Below, piece by piece: positions 45,915 through 58,000 of a stretch of 64,000 nucleotides of DNA. This DNA comes from Camelus dromedarius. Lineage: Eukaryota. Position numbers and translations under genes: made by a program. Under the pieces are notes generated by a model. It made no database searches and was not told the DNA's origin. It saw only the letters and a program-made list of their open reading frames with translations. Numbering within the stretch: position 1 is the first letter of the stretch; the number at the start of each line of letters is the position of its first letter. The DNA lies in the NCBI RefSeq assembly GCF_036321535.1, contig NC_087447.1, forward strand, positions 39,186,001 to 39,250,000, written 5' to 3'.

Positions 45915-46990
45915 TCTTTCAACAAACACTTCCTGAGCCAGGTACACTGTGCTGGCACCGAGATCCCAGAGATTTTGTGTGTGTGTGTGTGTGTGTGCAC
46001 GCACATGCATGCCCCACCCTTAAGGAGCTCAGTTTACTGAGCATAACAGATATTAAATCAACACTCAGGCTGATAAGTGCTTTGGGAAAGAGAGCAAATG
46101 CAGTGTTCTGGGAGCCAGCAGGAAGGTCATCTCCAGGTCACAGAGAAGTGCAGGGAGGGGAAGGAAGGTGTCCAGAAGAGCAGAAACCTGAGCTAAGTTA
46201 CCAAAATGGGGAGCAGGGGGTGGGTCATTCCCAGGAAAGGGCCCAGCTCTGGCAAAGGCACCAAGAGGTGATGGCCGTTGGGAGGTTGGGCTGAAGCTAG
46301 AAAGACGGGTTAGGGAAAAAGTGAATCAGGGAAGGTGGCCAAAGGCCAGACTCTGAACAGACTGCAGGCCCGCACGTGGGGCTCAGGTTTTATTCTATAA
46401 GCAATGAGGGGTTCTTGGAGTTCTAAGTAGAAGAAGGCATGACAGATGTGCGAGACAGAAACATCACGCTGCCAGGAACGCAGGGGTGGAATGAGGGAGG
46501 ACAAAAGTGGACACAGGGAGAATAATGACAAGGCCACTGAAACGATCCCAACGAGAAGTCCTAAATGAAGGGGTAGGGAGGGAGGAGAATGGAGGGAGTG
46601 ATAAACTAGAAGATGGTCTCTTCCGGATGAGGTAACCAATGGAAGATGACAGCTGAGGGAAAGGACAAAGCCAAGGGCAACTCCTGCAGTCAAAACAACT
46701 GAAGGGGTGTCATCCCACCCAAGGCAGGCACCCTGGGGAGATGGACACATTTGGTACCAGGCAAGGGCTGAGTTGGATGTGCCCATGTGTGGGACAGCAG
46801 CCAGGAGGGAGGGCTGGGAGGGGGCTCTGGGCTGGACATGCAGACCTGGGTGACTTCAGGACAGAGGTGAGCATGGATGAGCTCACCCGGGGAGAATACT
46901 TGGACTGACCTGAAAGGGATCAGGCAAAACCTTATTAAGCTAGAGACAGAGAAAAGAGAATCAGCGCAGCGGTGTGAGAGGGAGCACTTC
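45915..46990 (-). mobile_element. LINE-2 fragment, degenerate
   Basis: ttcaacaaacacttcctgagcc start; purine-rich L2 antisense motifs (ggttttattctataagcaatgagggg, gatgagctcacccggggaga). Confidence 0.6.
45976..45997. repeat. (TG)n microsatellite
   Basis: About 11 TG units. Confidence 0.9.
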
Positions 46991-47814
46991 ACCCCGCCAG
47001 AGACACGAGGCCCCTCTGGCCCCAGGAGGGAGCTCTTGCTGTGGGGAGCAGTTAGCTAGGTGTTAGCAACCACGGCCAAGCAAAAGCATCATCACGGGGT
47101 ATGGGCAGCTCTGCTGACGTATCTGTGGTCACCCCAAAGAGCATTATTACGACTTTTTCCAGAGCATTTATCCTACCTGCCTGACCTTAGACTGCACATC
47201 TCATCCATCTACTCTGTCTCCCCGGCTAGCACGTCTGCCTCATGAGGACAGAACCTGTCCTGTGTCACCTCTGTAACTGCGGTGCTGAGAGCAGTGCCTG
47301 GCACACAAAGGTTGAGCTCCTGTCCCAGGTGGCCCAGCTCGCAAGAAGCAACAAATATTTAGTGAGCACATGCTACATGCCTGACACCAGGGTGGGTGCT
47401 GGGGGACAGGGAGAAACAAGACAAAATAGGACCCTGTCCTTGGAGCCTGAAGTTGGAGTTAGACAGAGAGAAATACAAGTATTTAAACAAAAAGCAGATT
47501 GTTTAACTGCCATAGAGCCAGGACTGGAATCTGACTGTCATGCCTTCTAGTGAGATTTCCTTTCCAAGCCCAAGACTGTCATCTTCTCCAACTAAAGGAA
47601 AATGTTAGCTGGGGGAACAGTTAAAGCAAGTGTTTGGTCTTAGTCTCTTCCAGAGATCCTACACTTCATCCACCCTTTTAAGAGACTCCTAAGAAGTGGA
47701 ACCACACACCATAGGCTCTGAATATTTAACCTTAAGAGCTCATTCTGTGTCTAGTCCTTATACGTGAGCAGGAGGAGAAATCTGAGACTTAGTGGGGAGA
47801 AAACAAAAAGCAAC

Positions 47815-48010
47815 ATAAACCAGGGGTCAGATAGATCAAGGTTCAAATCCCTTGTAACCTTGGGCAAGCTACTCAACCTCTCTGCGACCTGATTTCCTGA
47901 TTGCTGAAGAGGGAACACTAACTTGCCTGTCGTAGGCTGTTGCAAAGATGAAAGCCAACGATACCTGTGGAGCACTCAGCACTGTGCCTGGTACACAGTA
48001 GGAGTTCATA
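47815..48010 (+). mobile_element. MIR SINE
   Basis: ggttcaaatccc...accttgggcaagctactcaacctctctg...agcactgtgcctggtacacagtagg. Confidence 0.75.
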
Positions 48011-49376
48011 AAACAGGGGCTCCAAACCAGTTCCACCTGTTGCTCTTATGACTCAGTCTCTAACTGTTATATTCATGAAAACCTAGCCAAAAACTACTCA
48101 GAATTCAAACCAAAGAACACACACTCCAAATACTCAGAGCTTACATTGATATCTAGTTAAGTGACTTGAGGAAAGATCTCAAATTCTCACACTTGGGCAG
48201 ACCCTGCAGTAAGGAGTTCCACTTCAATTTCTTACTCTCCCCTACCATCTCCTCCAATTCAAGCAAATGCAACTAGTTCCCCAGCAGATCACATCTTGTC
48301 TCATGGCAAGAGGCCAAACATGGGCTGGATTCCGTTGGTGCAAGTTTGGGCAGAGCTCTGAACACCACACCTCAAAGAACGCACAAGAGCACAATCGCCA
48401 GCCTGAGGTACACACAGACTCCCAGACACAGCTTGGCTCCGGAGAAGGACTTGAGAACCGGTCACAGCACGCTTTGCTTGCCTCAAAGCTAAAGAAAAGG
48501 TTATTTTGGCATGCAGATGCTGAAATCTCTGTGTCTCCCTCCTTTTACTACCTAAACTCTCCATAAGTGGTCTATTTCACTAACGTCTCCAATTCTTTAT
48601 CCCTCATTTATGTCTGACCTCATGCAACCTGGCCTCCTCCCCCCTTCCCGTCTCATGGCATCACATTCCTCAAGGTTGGCCATAACTACCTCATCACCGA
48701 TTCGGCAGCCTCCCCTCAGGTCCCTTCTCCCTGGTCTCTGCTGCCCCATCTTCTTCTCTTCCTGGGACTCTCTCCTCCTTGGCCTCTGCTTCTCTTCCAC
48801 CCTCTGCTTCCCATCCCAGAATTACACACATTCCCCAAGGCTCGGCCCTCTGCTCATCATGGGGAGAACTTAATCCTATGGCTTCTGCTCTGCGTCTCCA
48901 GGCCTACCTTTCTCAGTTCAGGCTTCAGCCCCACATTTCCAACTGTCTACTGGACAGTTCCTGTTGATGAACCACTGCCATCTCGAAGTCAGTGTATCTA
49001 AAACTGGATGCATCTACTCCCCTTCTACCTACATTTCTGCCAATGGCACCATTGTGAACGTTCACTCAAGTTTAAATTTTCTTTTTCTTTGGCTCTTAAA
49101 GTTTAAGAAGACCGTTAAGTCCTACAGTTCCCCCTTCACAATATCTCTCCTATGGGTCCTTGGCTCCATTTTAACCACTGTTAACCACGTGACCTCATGC
49201 CTGGATTGCTGCTGCTGCCTTTAAGCAGGGCCCGTGCCTCTTGTCCAGCTATCAGATGAATGTCCCTAACATATTACTTCTGCCATGTCACTTCTTTGCC
49301 CAAAATAACTTCCATGGCTTCCCACTGCCTTCAGGACAACGTCCAAGTGCCTCAGCCCAGCATTCAGGGTCTAGAA

Positions 49377-49585
49377 AAGGAGTGGGCAAACCACAGCCCA
49401 CAGGCCAAATCCAGCCCACCACCTGTTTCTGCAAATAAAGCTTTACTGGAACACAGCCACACCCATCATTTACATATTATCTGTGGCTGCTTGCAGGCTA
49501 CAGTGGTGGAGAGACCGCGCGGCCTATGAAGCCAAAATTGTTTACCGTCTGATCCTTTACAGAAAGAAAAGGTTTGCTAACCCTG
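49377..49585 (+). mobile_element. MER58A-like hAT-Charlie MITE inserted in L2-like sequence
   Basis: gggcaaaccacagcccacaggccaaatccagccc...aaataaagctttactggaacacagccac...gtttgctaaccctg, with perfect 8-bp TSD gtctagaa at 49369-49376 and 49586-49593. Confidence 0.85.
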
Positions 49586-50984
49586 GTCTAGAATAGTCAA
49601 CAGCAAATCCTGCCAAAATTCTTGCCCATTACTCCTTTTGGGTTAAGTTTTGCTCCTGTGGGTCTGCTGCTGAGCCCACTTTCTACATCTTATACCCTGA
49701 AAAGCTTCTCAAGCCTGAAAAGCTGTTGCACTCCTCCCTGGACTTCCGGGAGGCCAGCTGGGTCCATCCCCTGCACCCCGGGATGCCCCTCCTCTGGCCT
49801 CTCTCCCTGCACCAACCACAGAAACCTACAGTGAGATCCACTTCTCCTGTGGCTTCCCCCACCTGTACGGTAGGCTTCTCTAGGTCCAGGCTCTGTAAAC
49901 TCCCCAGAGCAGTGCCAATGATAACCACCTTGCCCTTCATTCCAAATACCAATCCCTCGATAGCAGAATTCAGTAGGAAGGCATCAGACAAACTTACCAA
50001 TGAAGGCCTAGCATTCCACATTTGAAAAGTTAAGCTTGGGTCCAAAAGCATGCACTCTAGCCAGCACCACCTAAAAGCCAATGAAATAAGAGTTTAGCTT
50101 TAAAAGAGAGTATTTATACATTTTCTTTAAATTTACAACTCCAAATGAGTTTTGATTTACTGTCCTCCCAGGATGCTTATCTCTGCTCCTCTGCCTAGAA
50201 AATCCTGCTCATCCTTCAAATCCACTGGACAGTGTTTCCCTGGAAGCCTCCCCAGTGCCCTAAATGGGCCAGGCACCTCCTCCTCTCAGCTCCCATGGAA
50301 CACAGTGGTAACACAGTGCACAGTATAGTATAATTTGTTTGGGAATGGGGGTCCGCAGACTGTAGGCTTATCCAGAGAAGAGATTTGGTAAATTCATCCC
50401 TTCCCTTACCCCTACTGCCTAGAATACTACAGGAATTAAGACAGTTCTCAAAATATATCTGTAAAATGGGTGGAAAAATAACCTACTTAATCCATTAACA
50501 TATGCCTGGGTATCTAAAATTCTGCTAGGCCACAATTTTCATCACAGAAATGCATGCTTCAATCCTACTGCTTTTAACAGGCAACAGTTTAACAAGAAGG
50601 ATTAATGGAATTAATCTTCTCAATGCACACCTTTGGAATGACACTCCCTTGGGCAGAAATCTTCAGAGGCTCCCAGAACCCAAGAAGGCAATCCCAGCTC
50701 CATAGCCAGACTGCCAGGCCTGCACCAATGAGCCCAGCCTGACTGCAGCCTCAGCTCATGTGGTCTCCCCCAGTGGCCCCTACAATCCAGAAAGGACTGA
50801 TGGCCAGTCCCTTCTCTCAGCATTCCTTCCAGCTGGACGCCTTCCTTCATCCCCTTCTCTCCACGCTATCCCCTTCTACTGAAATGGCCTCCATTTCAAA
50901 CATCATATTCCAGACCAAGGTCATGGTGGGGCCCAGTAAGGAATTTTTTTCCTTCTCTCTGATTTTGTATATATGTATGGGGAG

Positions 50985-51172
50985 GAGGGATGTGGTAAAA
51001 CACACATAAAATGTACAAGCTTAGCCATGTTTAAGTGTTCAGCTCAGTGGTATTATATGTGTTCATATGGTTGTGCAACTACAATCCAACCCCAGAACTC
51101 TTTTCTGCAAAACTGAAACTTTATACCCCGTAAATGATAACTCGACCTTCTCTCTTCTTCCCAGGCCCTGGT
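50985..51172 (-). mobile_element. L1 (L1MB-like) 3' terminus fragment
   Basis: tttaagtgttcagctcagtggtatta...ttgtgcaac...ccagaactctttt...aaactgaaactttataccc. Confidence 0.65.
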
Positions 51173-51419
51173 ACCCAAAAAGTCTTTGTGGAGTGGATGA
51201 ATGGATGAACGAACAAAGACGTGAGTGAATCTGACCTCAACCCTCTCCACAACAGCCAAAGTACTGTCCCTTTCTGCTGGATGCCCATGGTACTATCTTC
51301 ACATCTTTCTCAGACTTATTTCAACCAATCTTAAATGACCCTTTTTTGCACAACTGTATTCTTCTTCAAGGCGGGGACTATGACTTATCTGAAAGGCTAT
51401 GCTTGGGTCCAAAAGCATG

Positions 51420-52240
51420 CATTTGGCCTCTCTTCCATGTTGTTAGATCCAATGGGCAAGTCTCAGTCCTCATCTTACAGCTTTTGCTACTAACCATTCT
51501 GTCCTGTTTGACTGCTCTCTTCACCTGGCTTCCAGGATAGCACTCGTAGTTTTCCACTCACCTCTCTGGCTGTTCTTCCCTTTGCTGGTTCTTCCTCACC
51601 CCCCTGCTTCTCACTGTCAGAGTGCCCCAGGGCTCGGTCCTTCTCTCCTCTCTTCTGTACACCTTCAGTCATCCCCTGGGTGATCTTACCTAGCCTCATA
51701 TCACCTACATGCTGCGGATGCCCAGATTTCTCTCCAAGCCGGGACCTCTCCTCCAGACTCCTGGTTAGTATATCCCACCGCCTGCTTCAAGTAAGATGTC
51801 AAGTGGACAGAAGGTCCACATGAGATCTGTTTGATGTCTCAAACTTGACATGTCTCACACAGACCCTTGACCTTCCCCCTGACCTGCTCCTCCCAGAGTC
51901 TTACCTATCTCAGTTTAATAGTCTTCCAGTTGCCCAGGCCAAAGGTTTAGAGTCATTCTCGTCTCCTGTTTCTTTCTTTCTCTCTTACTCCATATCCAAT
52001 CCTCACCAAAACTGGCTTCTACCTTCAAAATACATTCAGTATGTGACCACTTCTCACCTCCTCCACCATTACCATCCGAGATGATTGCAATAGCCTCCTA
52101 ATTGGTGTCCCTGCTTTCCCTGCTTCTATTTTTGGTGTCACTCCTACCTCCACCCATACCCTATTCTCAACACAGGAAGGAATCTGTTACAACATAAGTC
52201 AGATTATGTCATTTCTTTGCTTAAAATCCTTAAAAGTCTT
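51420..52240 (+). mobile_element. LINE-2 fragment
   Basis: tcttcacctggcttccagga, ctaccttcaaaatacattcag, gattgcaatagcctcctaattgg. Confidence 0.72.
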
Positions 52241-53029
52241 CCTCGTAGGGACAATGTCAAAGGGATGAATGTTTCGAGAGTAGACCTGCAGACCCAGGGG
52301 CAGGCTGGTGGGGGAGGTAGGGTCTTCAGGCCAGTGTCCTCCTCCCAACCACCTATTTCTCCACTGGTAGCCCTGATGCAGCTCCTATTAGCTGGTTCCT
52401 TAAAGAAAGGAAACTTTTTAAAGGGAGAAAAATACAACCAATAAGCTTCCTTTTCCAGTTAGGGCACGAACACTCACATTTCTTAAGAAACAGTAAGAAA
52501 GATATGTCAAGTCTGCCACCACTTAATAACTAGTTTCCAAAGATAAAGCTAGCCTTCCAGAGAACAGTTATTACCCCCTTGGTGCTGGTGCTGACTCCTC
52601 CTGAAGCCCCCTTCTCCCTGGACCCTCCAGCTGGTCACCAAACTCTGCTTACCTAATTGTCTCCAGACTTGATCCCCCTCCTGGACCTCCCTGTGGCTGG
52701 AGGTAAAGTCCAAATGAAATAAGAGTCCAAGGACTCGAATTAGCTCAGGTCTCATCGGCTCTCCTCGGAACTACAATAACAGCCTCTTAACCAGTCTCCC
52801 AGCTCTTGTCATTCACTTATGTCCAACCACAGCTTCACACAGTGATGATTTTAAGAAAAAATTTGATCAAGTCCCCTGCTTAAAACTCTGCAGAGTCCCT
52901 ACATTGCTATACTATAAACTTTCCAAAAGATATTATAGTAAACCATAGTAAATATTCTTTTTTAATCTTCCCTAGATGCTTTTCTTCTGCCTTCTTCTCA
53001 AAAAGACCTTACTTGACCCAGTGGGGGTG

Positions 53030-53400
53030 GGTAAACCATCCAGCTCAGGTTAGAGTAGTCCACTTCCTAGCCACAGTGATAGGTCCAAGAGGACAAGCTC
53101 CTCACCCAAGCTGGGCCAATCAGAGCCTTTCTCCAGAATTGATACATGGATGCAGTGAAAGGAGTTCTCCTTTCACTGGAATTGCTCCACTGGGGCTGTC
53201 AGCAGTGGTGCGCCCCCAGGGAGGGTGGCCTGTCTGCAGTGGGAAAGATTGATGCTAACACACAAAGAACAGAAGGTGCCAGATGGGCCACCAGTAGCAT
53301 CAACTCCCATTCTGGAACCTCACTTCTGTGAACTCCTACAGCATCCTTCCTAGTCACGGAACCAATAACTACCCCTTACCATCAGCTAGCTGGAATCCTA
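53030..53400. mobile_element. ERVL-class LTR fragment (LTR16/LTR33/MLT1-like)
   Basis: agccacagtgataggtcc...cccaagctgggccaatcagagcctttct motif. Confidence 0.45.
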
Positions 53401-54239
53401 GCAGCAGGCCCACCATGACGTTTCCTGTACGTGTGCCTTTCTCCACATTGTGTCCTCGGCCCAGAATCACACTCTTTGGGTTTTTACACAGCAGCCAGGC
53501 TTCCCCTGTGGAGCCTGCCCTGAAGGGAAGCACAGTTAGTCTGATCTTCCAGAACTGCTCTAAAAGGCCTGGAATAGACCCACTCTGCTACACTTACACC
53601 CCTTCCCTATCTCCCCAACCCCAAAGCTAGTTGCCCAAGCTAGAAACCTCAGACTCACATAGTCTCCTCGTCCTTCCTTGTGGCCCATGTGGACTTCCCC
53701 TACTTCCTTCTGCCCCACGTCTACCATCATAGCCCAGAACCTCATCATTTCTCCTCCCCGGGCCCCGGGTCTCTCTGCCACTCCCCGCACCCGATCATTC
53801 CTCCACGCTGCTGTCAGGTTGAACCTCTGATCGCCTTCATACCACCTACAAAGCCAAACCCCTGGTATGAAGGCCTTACATCTTGGCCTCAACCTAATTC
53901 TCTAACTTCTCCAAACCACTTCCACTTCCGAAAGGATAGAGTAGACGTACTTTTCCCCATTCCACCTGCCATGTACAACAGAAACCGCTGCATGTGACGG
54001 GTAAAACAAACACAGGGACACTCTGAAAGGCAGAGTGAAGGAGACAGACCTGTAAGAACTCATTTGGAGCTAAAGAACCTGGAAATGCCAACAAGCACAG
54101 ACAGAAAGAGACTCCAACAAAAGCTTGCTCCCTCAAGCAAGATGGACAACTTTTAGATAATAACCACTCTGTTTCAGCCAAATACCACAGAAAACCCCAT
54201 GGTCCCTCCCACACCCATACAGTACAGTGCAAATGACAT

Positions 54240-54680
54240 TTGCAAAAAACCCTACAACTAACCATGTATTTAATGGTCAAAGACTGCATGATTCCCCCGA
54301 GATTAGGAACAGGCAATGCTGTCCACTCTCACCACTCTTATTCAGCAGAGTGCTTGAAGTCGGAGCCAGCACAGGAGACAATAAAAGGAAATAAAACATA
54401 CAGACTGGAGAGGAAGAAATTAAGCCATATCTATTTGTAGATGATATGACTGTCTAGATAGAAAATTTTGAGGAATATACCAAAAAAAAAAAAAAAATGC
54501 CTACAACTAATTAGTGAGTTTAGCAAGGATGCAGGATATAAGATAAAAATGTTTAAAATATCAATTGTTTTCTATATACTAGCAATGAACATGTGGACAC
54601 TGAAATTAAAAATACAATACCATTTACAATTACAAAAGAAAGAAAGAAAGAAACAAACAAACAGACTTAGGTGTAAATAT
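54240..54680 (+). mobile_element. Degraded L1 ORF2 reverse-transcriptase fragment
   Basis: Remnants of GTRQGCPLSPLLF (ggaacaggcaatgctgtccactctcaccactcttattc), LF(A>V)DDM (ctatttgtagatgatatg) and FSKxAGYKI, broken by frameshifts and stops. Confidence 0.85.
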
Positions 54681-55804
54681 AGTTTTTTCCAGCAAATCAT
54701 TCTATGGTTTAGCCACATGAGTCTACTCTGCCAGCAGGGCAGGAACAGTATATTTGTTTCACCCTCCAGTGCCCAGCACCTAGTAAGCATGCAATATTTA
54801 CTGGCACAGCTCATACCTTGCTCTGTTTAAAATAGACTTTCTTCCCCTTTATGCTCCTAATGAGATCACTGTCTACTAAAAAGTTCTATCTCTTGTTTCT
54901 GCCTTGGTGGGTTATGATTGCCAAGGAAGAACCAGGGAAACTGTTTCCACTCCGACTCCCGAACACATTTATGTTCTTACATTACAGACAGCAGGGATTG
55001 GAAGTGGCCTCTGCAGGCATCTCTCCGTCACGCAGAGGGGACATTGGGCTCCTTCCGCATCAGTCCAAGGGGGCCCCAAGGCTCAGCCCAAAGATGCCAG
55101 GCAATGATGTGAGACCACAGCCAGTGCTGTCCCATCCAGGCTCTGTGCTGGGAGGAGCTACAGATGTCCTCCCTCTGAAAACTCAGTTATGGAAAAGAAT
55201 TGCCTGTCTGTGCTAAAGAAAGTGCTGTGGAGAAGAGGCTATGGGAGATAGGCCAGGGCCCAGAGGGTGTCTGGATATCTTTTTCCAAAAACTTTCTCCC
55301 TCTATTTACTTCTGAGGGTAGAAAGTGATCTAATAATCATTTAACTAAAGCCCAAATCTCAGAACAATCCTAATTCCTCTCTTTCCGTCACACCCCCCCA
55401 TCGATCCCACATCAAAACCTGTTGTTCCACCTCCAGAATAGATCTCGGCATCTCCACCACCACCACCACCACTCGGGGCCTGGCTGCTCACATCACTCAC
55501 CATGACATGACAGACTCCGACTTCTCTCCCTGTGTCCTCTCTCAACGCAGCAGTCAGTGATCCTTTCACGATGTAACTCACACCAAGGTATTTCTCCTCC
55601 TAAACCCTGAAGTGTTCCTGGCTCTCCTTGTTATTCACAGTGCAACCAAGTCCCCACAATGACCTTAATGGCCTAGCCCCCTTACTTCTCTGCCCTCACG
55701 TTCCACCACGTCCTCACCTTCTCCTCACTCCACTCCAGCCATCTGCTGTTCCCATGGAATAATGCTCTTCCCCTGTTAAACCCATGACTCACTTCACCTC
55801 ATTC

Positions 55805-56205
55805 GCTGAGGTAGCCACTATGATATGAGTTCACCAAAACCCATCTCCTTTTTCTTGTGAGCACGTGGTTGGACTACATTTTCCAGCCTCCCTTGCAGCT
55901 AGGAGTAAACATGTGACTGAGTTCTGACCAGTGGGTAGGGGGTGGCATGCTTCTTCCCGACTGGCCCATAACAACTTCCCCACAAAGCCCTCTATTTTTC
56001 CTCATCCTCCAGCTGAATGGAAAGGAATCTGAGGGCCTTGAAGAGGGTGGAGCCACAGGACAGAAGGAGCATGGGTCCCTCAGTCACTGTCAGGAAGGCT
56101 GCCAGCTTGGCAGGAGAAGCCACACTGGACTGTCTCTATAAGAGAAATAAAGTTCCCTTAGGTTGATACACTGAGATTTGCAGGTCTGTTTGCTACTTAA
56201 CCTAA
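55805..56205 (+). mobile_element. MLT1-type (ERVL-MaLR) solo LTR interrupting an L2
   Basis: actacattttccagcctcccttgcagctagg...catgtgactgagttctg...gagaaataaa...cactgagattt; L2-like sequence on both sides (55340-55800 and 56210-56500, ending in gaat repeats). Confidence 0.75.
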
Positions 56206-56519
56206 CAATTTGGTCTCCTTCTCAATGAAGCTTTCTTTGATTACTCTATTTAAAATCCTCCAACACTTCTTGGCTGTCCTCTTTGCTTTATTTTTCTCCA
56301 TAGTCCATATTACCATATAGCATATTGTATATTTTATTCATTATTTTTTCTCTATCTCCTCAAATTTAAATGTAAGCTGAAGGCGGGAATTTTTGCTTTC
56401 CCTACCCTCCTCTTTGCTGTATCTCCTGGGTCTAGAACAGTGCTTGCCATGTTGTAGACAATCACATGCTGTTGAATGAATGAATAAATGAATGAATGAA
56501 TAGACTACAGGGGCCCCAA

Positions 56520-56710
56520 GGTCAGAAAGGCCTGGTTGGAGGCCCAGCTCTGCCATTTACTAGCTGTGTGACCTGGGGCAAGTTACTCTACCTCTACCAG
56601 ACTCATTTTTTCATCTGTAAAATGAGAGGAAGCAATAGTACCTTCTTTACAGAGACTGGGAATAATTAAGATCATGAACATAAATCTTTTAATACAGTGC
56701 CTGGTAACAG
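56520..56710 (+). mobile_element. MIR SINE
   Basis: cccagctctgccatttactagctgtgtgacctggggcaagttact...tcatctgtaaaatg. Confidence 0.8.
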
Positions 56711-57789
56711 CTCAGGCTCCAGAAGTGCTAATTGCCACTGTTATCAACCCAGAGCCAGAGGACAAGACTGGGTGTCAGGCCCTTGCAAGGTCACTGGTGG
56801 GGCCATGTATCAGAGGAAGGAAATGAATGGATATTTACATACACAAACTCTTCTGGAAGAAATCGTGGCAAACACCTAGGTAGTGAGATTCAAGAGCTGC
56901 CTAAAAGTTCTCAGTAAATTGCAAGCGATCAGGAAAACATGACAACTGGTGTCTGCGGTGATGAAAAGTGTGTGCCGAGTTTGCAGAAAAGCGCTGTTCT
57001 GGAGAGAGCACCACCCGGATGATGAGAGATCACTTTGTGCCTTTTAAGAAACAATTTTCACAGCAAACCTTCAGAAAAGAGAGGCCTCTTGCATCATGAG
57101 GACAAGGTAATAAGGCTATAAAAATGGAACTCAAATAAACCACACACAGAGCCCACATGGGCCCAATTTTCCAGGAAAAATAGCGATTGCTACTGCATTC
57201 AGATGAGGCAGTCACACTTGTGCCTGAGCACAGCAAACAGCTTTCAGAAATCATTAGGCTGCAGAAAAGCCACTGGGTTTGCCAAATTAGCGGTGCCAGC
57301 TCTCACCTGCCCCTCTCTGTCATCCTCGCCTCTTTCTACTGAGAAGAGGACCCAGATGATGATACCCAATGCCGGCACCTGCTTCACTGTCTTCAAAATA
57401 CAGACCCTCCTGAAGTGAAGAGTACCGTGCAGTCAGGAGAGCCCAGGCTGCATCTCCTTGTGTCTGCAGCCCAGCCGCCCCTCTTCACAGGCCCTCTCGG
57501 CTTTCTTGTTGGCTCAGACCTGTTTTCAGATCTCACCTCCTGGGACTCTCTGCAGTGCTAGGCCTTGTTGACAAACCTCCTCCTTGACACTCCTCCTTCC
57601 TGTGGCCTCTTACAGCTCTCACCAAACACCCCCATACCCACAGCTGCAGTCCCTCTCATCTCCAACTCTGGCCCCTCTTCCACCTCTGTACCTATAAACA
57701 TGGGTACCCAAGCCTCTAAAATATGGTGTCTACCCATCTTTCCGGTTCCAGTCCCTGTTCTTTCCCTCTATCAGAGGCAGGACAACTTC

Positions 57790-58000
57790 CTGGTTAGAGG
57801 CAGATATTCTGCAGCCAGATCAGCTGGGTCTGGTCTTAGCTCTACAGCACTTGGGCAGTTAATACATTGTTTTATGCCTAGTTCTTCATTTGTAAAATGG
57901 AGACAATGATAGTACCTTGCCTGGGTCACTGCAGGGCTTAAATGAGTTAATATAGATGAAGCTCTCAGAATCATGCCTGGCACCTGACACTCTTCATAAA
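57790..58000 (+). mobile_element. MIR SINE
   Basis: cttgggcagttaat...cttcatttgtaaaatggagacaatgatagtacc...cctggcac. Confidence 0.7.

Noticed and set aside
54240..54830. Possible functional reverse-transcriptase ORFs (54240..54440 and 54468..54830)
   Set aside because: Short, frameshifted L1 ORF2 fossil with a stop just after the FVDD motif.
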